From positions 6,186,937 through 6,250,936 of the forward strand of contig NW_002060943.1 of assembly GCF_000150275.1 (NCBI RefSeq): a stretch of 64,000 nt of DNA, in the 5' to 3' direction. Positions 54,501 to 64,000 of the stretch are shown here, piece by piece; the first letter of the stretch is position 1, and every line of letters starts with the position of its first letter. Made by a program: the position numbers and the translations under genes. The DNA is from Trichoplax adhaerens. Its lineage: Eukaryota > Animalia > Placozoa. A model generated the notes under the pieces. It was not told the DNA's origin, did not search any database, and worked only from the letters and a program-made list of their open reading frames with translations.

Positions 54501-57076
54501 AATTGAATTAAATGTATGCTAGGTGTAGTTCTATCTGTTTTATACTATGGTGGATACTTAATGTCGATTAAAGATTTAACACCGGGACAATTAATGTCAT
54601 TTTTAGTCGCTTCTCAAACTATGCAACGGTGAGTAATTATAAAATACTGCTTTGTCTCCCAGATCTAACAACGTTTGATAGGATGCTGTATAAGAAGTAA
54701 TTAACTTTAATCACAGATCTCTGGCAATGGTATCGATACTCTTCGGGCAAGTAATGAAAGGGTTAACTGCTGGAGCTCGCACTTTTGAGGTTCGTCACGG
54801 GTTCATGTAAGAAATGCAGATATTAAACAAAACTTTAAAACATGGAAAATAAATAACTGTACTCTAAAATTTGATGCATTTAGTACATGCAATTGCAGCC
54901 CCACATTGCTATTGATGAAGGTTGCATAATTGCAAACGATAAGTTGTCTGGTGAAGTAGAAATTGATAATATTACCTTTGTTTATCCGACAAGAAAAGAA
55001 CAGGTATGTTTAGTTATAGCGAAAGGAGATGGTTATCGATTAACTACAATAAAAAGTGGTTTGTTAATTTACTCAATTAGGCGGTTTTTAGAGATTTTAA
55101 CTTAAAAATTCCGGCTGGTAAGATCATCGCTCTATGTGGTCCATCCGGATCTGGTACTTATTTGCTGTGCTTTATATTTATTCTTGCTATCAAAGACTTT
55201 ATTAATATTTATTGACACTCATTAACAAATGCAAACTGATTTAATTAGGAAAATCGACTATCGCAGCATTAATAGAAAGATTTTATGACGTACAAAGTGG
55301 CAGTATTAAGCTGGATGGTATTGATATAAAAAAAATCAATCCATCTTGGTTGCGAGGTTCAGTAATTGGCTATATACATCAGGTAAGACCTTATTGATTT
55401 GGCTTGAAGGGGCAGAAGTCACTGGTTGTCGTATACTGAGGTCTATAAAAAGTAAATCATGTATGCAACAATTACTATCAAAGGAACCTGTACTCTTTGC
55501 TACTTCCGTTATCGAAAATATTCGGTATGGTCGACCCGATGCAACGGATGAAGAGGTAGTGATACTGTATTTTAGATGTAACTGCTATCTGGACTGTAAT
55601 GATTAAAGAATGATTGGTGCATTATCCTAATGCGCATATAATATTTGGTAATTTATATTTTACTATCTTTAATGAATCGATTTTGGTTTTAGGTTCATAA
55701 TGCGGCTCGCATGGCTAACGCTGAGGAATTTATTCTGAACTTTCCAAAGGTGAAATCATAGTTATATTGCATGGAGTAATCAATTTTCTTGATAAAATTT
55801 CTGGCCGAACTCTTTGCTTACAGCTGATCATTTAATACAACGTGAAATTATATATGTATATACCCGTATATATTAGGGTTATGAGACCATGCTCGGGGAA
55901 CGGGGAGTCACAGTTTCGGGTGGACAACGACAGAGGTATACCCGTAGAATTTCAGATTACTTTTAGAGAAATTAACGACTTTATACAAAATAATTTTTTA
56001 GGCTCAAATTATAACAGTCATGATTTCATCACTGATGTTATCTTTTATAATCGAACAGAATCGCTATTGCTCGTGCTTTACTAAAAGATCCCAAAATTTT
56101 AATTTTAGATGAAGCTACCAGGTATGTTTAGTTTACTAGTTCATGATGATACGAGCACTTATAGTGTTGTAACAACGCAAAGAAAGCTATTCGATACAAT
56201 AATCTGACATCAAATTAGTCAATAAATATTAAAATATACAAGTATTTCGTTGTGTAATTTCTTTTATTGCCATATTGTGTCGTTGAAGTGCATTAGATTC
56301 GGAATCTGAAAAAGCCGTGCAAGGGGCTCTTGACCGATTGATGAAAGGTAGTTTGTCAAGAGTAATTTCACAGATTCTAATGCAATATGTGTTATAGTAC
56401 AGTACAGTGTTATCGGTATCTGGCAAGTTTTAGTATGAAAGTAGGTTTCGTTTTTGCAAGTTGCGTTACGCAGTTCTACAATCTAGCTATTTTCATCCCT
56501 GGTCAGCTTAATTTCGTTTTCTTCGCATAATTTACAGATCGAACGGTTATAGTTATTGCGCATAGATTGAGTACTATAAGAAATGCAGGTAAGAAGTTGA
56601 AATATTGCTACGAAATTAGAGATAATTAGAATATCATAGTGTTCCTGTGGTCGTATTATATTTCTGAATACTGTACTGAAATCTTTTAGATGTCATTGCC
56701 GTAATCATGAATGGCATCATTTATGAGGTAAGAAGCGGTAAACTACAGGAAAGCAGATTCTTAATTAGTTCATAATGGACTAAAAGTTTAAGTATGATTT
56801 TATATATTGTATAAGTACAGTAATGTAGGGATAATTAATTAAAGAAGTTTATGTAAGCTTTCCGTTGCGGTTTTACGAATTATCCCGTTGACATTGTAGT
56901 AGAAAATTTTTTGATTGGACGAAGGACAATTACAAGATACTTTTAAATAGTTCATAATTATAGAGGTAGGCTATAATTTTATCTTTACATTTTAGATCGG
57001 CAATCATGCAGAACTGATGAAAAAGAAAGGGAAATACGCCGATATGGTGCGACTACAAAATTTGCAACAGTCATAA
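51552..57076 (+). CDS. ABCB8: Mitochondrial ABC half-transporter ABCB8 (multi-exon)
   Basis: Arg/Ser-rich, acid-free presequence-like exon 1. [30 protein letters not shown] and [26 protein letters not shown] are ABCB8-type. Walker A GPSGSGKST, signature [15 protein letters not shown], Walker [13 protein letters not shown] and VIAHRLSTI are present. Confidence 0.93.
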
Positions 57077-57367
57077 TAGGATAGCTTGTATTAAATTTTT
57101 TATTTATTTAAGTTAAAAAGGTCGATAACTTCAGTTTTATTGAAATAAAGAGATGCTACTCCATATTCTAAATTGCCGTCACAGCTCAAGAAACGAATAA
57201 CTGAATTATAGAAATACAGTAGAAATTAAAGGAATGCTGACCCAATGAAACCTATATTCACTTCTTATATGATCATCTGTTGATGTTGATATGATCAGTT
57301 TTTCCATAGTCAGATTAATACAATTTTAAGTATAGTAATTATAATACTGGAAACATCAATACAATTT

Positions 57368-61912
<4,545 letters not shown>

Positions 61913-62119
61913 CACTTGCAATACTGTCCTTGGCCTTTTTTGCTCTTTGAAAGTTTGCGTTGTGCTCGTATGCCTTTGACTCTTTATCAGCTTGATCAGT
62001 GTGCTTGACCCTTTCGACGTTGAAAGCGTGTAATTAGTACGTGCGTCTATTGGCACTGAAGTGTTCTTCACTTGACCTGCGTACAGCTTTAGTCCTGTAT
62101 GCGGGACACTGGCTTTTTT

Positions 62120-63530
62120 ACTACAGTAGTCCGTGGTACAGTCCACTGAATAGAGTAGAGTACTGTACTGTCCAGTTGTACTGTACAGTACACTGTACAG
62201 TGTACAGTACTGTACTGTATCTTTCTACTTTCTACTGTACTGTACAGTACAGCAAGAATCTTTTCAATCTTTAATAACCGAGTTCAGTGATGTACTGTAC
62301 TGAGCATGACGCGGTCATTTTTCATTTGTGTCTGCTACAGTACAGCTCTATCCTGTACTGTACACTGTACACTGTACAGGAGGAATGAATACTGTACTGT
62401 ACAGTGTACAGTACAGTACAGTATTTTTCATTTGTGTCTGCTACAGTACAGTACAGCTCTATCCTGTACTGTACACTGTACACTGTACTGGAGGAATGAA
62501 TACTGCAGCAATGGGTGAAATACATGGCGGGATACTCCCAGAGTGATTTGTACTGTATCGTGATATCTTTGTGTGACAGCACAGCACTGTACTGTTTTAA
62601 AACCAAGTTATTCAGCTTTATATTCGTATCATTTTTTTTACATTTTTATTCACTCTCGTGATTTTAGGGCACCTTAAAGTACTCTGATTCGAACTGGTTC
62701 ACACAGTGTCATTGGTCCGGTTTTTATTTAACAATACAGTACTGTACAGTACTGTACAGTGTACAGTACACAAGTGTGCAAGGTTGAAGCATAGCGTTAA
62801 AATGGTGATAAGCATGGACTGAGAGTGCGTAGATCGTGTCATGGCTCTACAATGGCATATTCGTAAAATACTGAAATTGGCAATGGGCATATTGGTAATT
62901 ATGAAATTAGACAGCGGCAAATCAGTAATTAACTGGAAAAAAAATTACTATAAGTTGAACTCAAAAGCTATCATAAAAATCAAAGTGGATACAGTCAGTA
63001 CAGTAAAGTACAGTGTATAGTATAGTACTGTACAGTACTGCATGCAAAATCCAAGAGTACTGCACTGAACAGAACTGCGGGCCCTCTTCCGACAGGTATA
63101 ATGTTCAATTGCTAGTTACAGCCCATAAAGCTAGCAAAAGTAATGTCACTACTGTACTGTACAAGTCATCCTCATTTACAGTAGTATGTACAGTACAGCA
63201 GACAGAAATTTCCAACCACCGTTTGGACGTTTGAACTCGTTCATCAGTCGTCAAGTCGTCTCCAAATCCTTCATCGTCGTCAAATAATTGGCTTGTATCC
63301 ACCTTTCCTGTGCTGTATTAGATCTATTTCCCAGAAGTTATTTCAGACTTTGACGGGTTCATCATCCACGTTTCCTAACGCCATTGGTGTTTTAAATCTT
63401 GATTAGCTAAGCGAGCAGTGAGCCAGTCACCACCTAGTGTTGACATCATTTCATTGCAGTCAAGACTATACTGTACACTGTACTCAGGGTACTATACTGT
63501 AGTGTAGAAGTCGTACAGTAAACATCTTTG
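62120..63530. promoter_or_regulatory. TACAG/CTGTA islands in the PSMC3/TEN1 divergent promoter, including a ~107-bp direct repeat
   Basis: Dense gtactgtac/tacagtac runs at 62150-62250, 62335-62490, 62735-62770, 62990-63200 and 63465-63520. ttttcatttgtgtctgctacagtacag...ggaggaatgaatactg occurs at ~62318 and ~62425. Confidence 0.65.
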
Positions 63531-63568
63531 CAAATTTCTGCAACTTACTGGAGAGCTGCTGCCGTAGG

Positions 63569-63970
63569 ATGGCAAAACCTGGCAGTAACATCAAAGACCA
63601 GTTGGATCGAGGTTATAGCGAAATATTGCGTATCAGCGAAATTGTCAGCCGAGGCAAAGAGCTGAATGGTAGAGATATTAAAACCATTGGTAGGGTACAA
63701 TTATATGATGCAATGACTAGTCGAGCTACGATATCTTGTGCGGAGGATGATCCCAACAGCCAGTTAGTAGTCATCACTGAATTTATTGAGCCATTGATGT
63801 CGGGCTCTAAAGCAACCTATCAATTCATTGGAGAGCTGGAATGGCAGCCACAGGATAGTGCCTTAGCTTTGAATGCTCGAACTTGTCGTGATGTTAGCAA
63901 GCTCGACATAACACGCTACTATCAAGGTTTAGATTCCATGCGAAAATTTTTAAATTCAAACGCCTCCTGA
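63569..63970 (+). CDS. TEN1: CST complex subunit TEN1 (telomere-capping OB fold), single coding exon
   Basis: 133 aa. IKTIGRVQLYDAMTSRATI...QLVVITEFIEP...YQFIGELE...LNARTCRDVSKLD aligns by eye with the TEN1 pattern LRTFGRL.LYD..SRVTL...VLV.T.LVEPF...Y..LGEL...VKAR...V.G.N. Confidence 0.8.
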   Translation: MAKPGSNIKDQLDRGYSEILRISEIVSRGKELNGRDIKTIGRVQLYDAMTSRATISCAEDDPNSQLVVITEFIEPLMSGSKATYQFIGELEWQPQDSALALNARTCRDVSKLDITRYYQGLDSMRKFLNSNAS

Positions 63971-64000
63971 TACTTATCAGTGTGTATAATAAAGTACGTA

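Overview
AT-rich, gene-dense eukaryotic (animal-type) genomic DNA with many short GT-AG introns and longer first introns. The style suggests a compact basal-metazoan genome, possibly a placozoan such as Trichoplax; this is inference only. Manual splicing gives 11 protein genes. In order: a partial low-complexity gene with a possible F-box start (-), NUP210 (+), APH-1 (+), NUDT7-like CoA Nudix hydrolase (-), FAM32A (+), FBXO30/40 (+), canonical LMW-PTP ACP1 (-), INTS12 (+), a divergent second LMW-PTP (-), ABCB8 (+), PSMC3 (-) and TEN1 (+), counting the partial gene as a twelfth. The most unusual features are: (1) dense TACAG/CTGTA (GTAC-palindrome) islands placed in all four short divergent housekeeping promoters, often amplified into local tandem repeats and hairpins; (2) a remodelled LMW-PTP paralogue with an altered P-loop, a tandemly duplicated general-acid loop and an NLS-like basic tract; (3) several non-coding repeat arrays, including a ~185-bp array with polarised decay. 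Exon boundaries were read by eye and no database searches were run.
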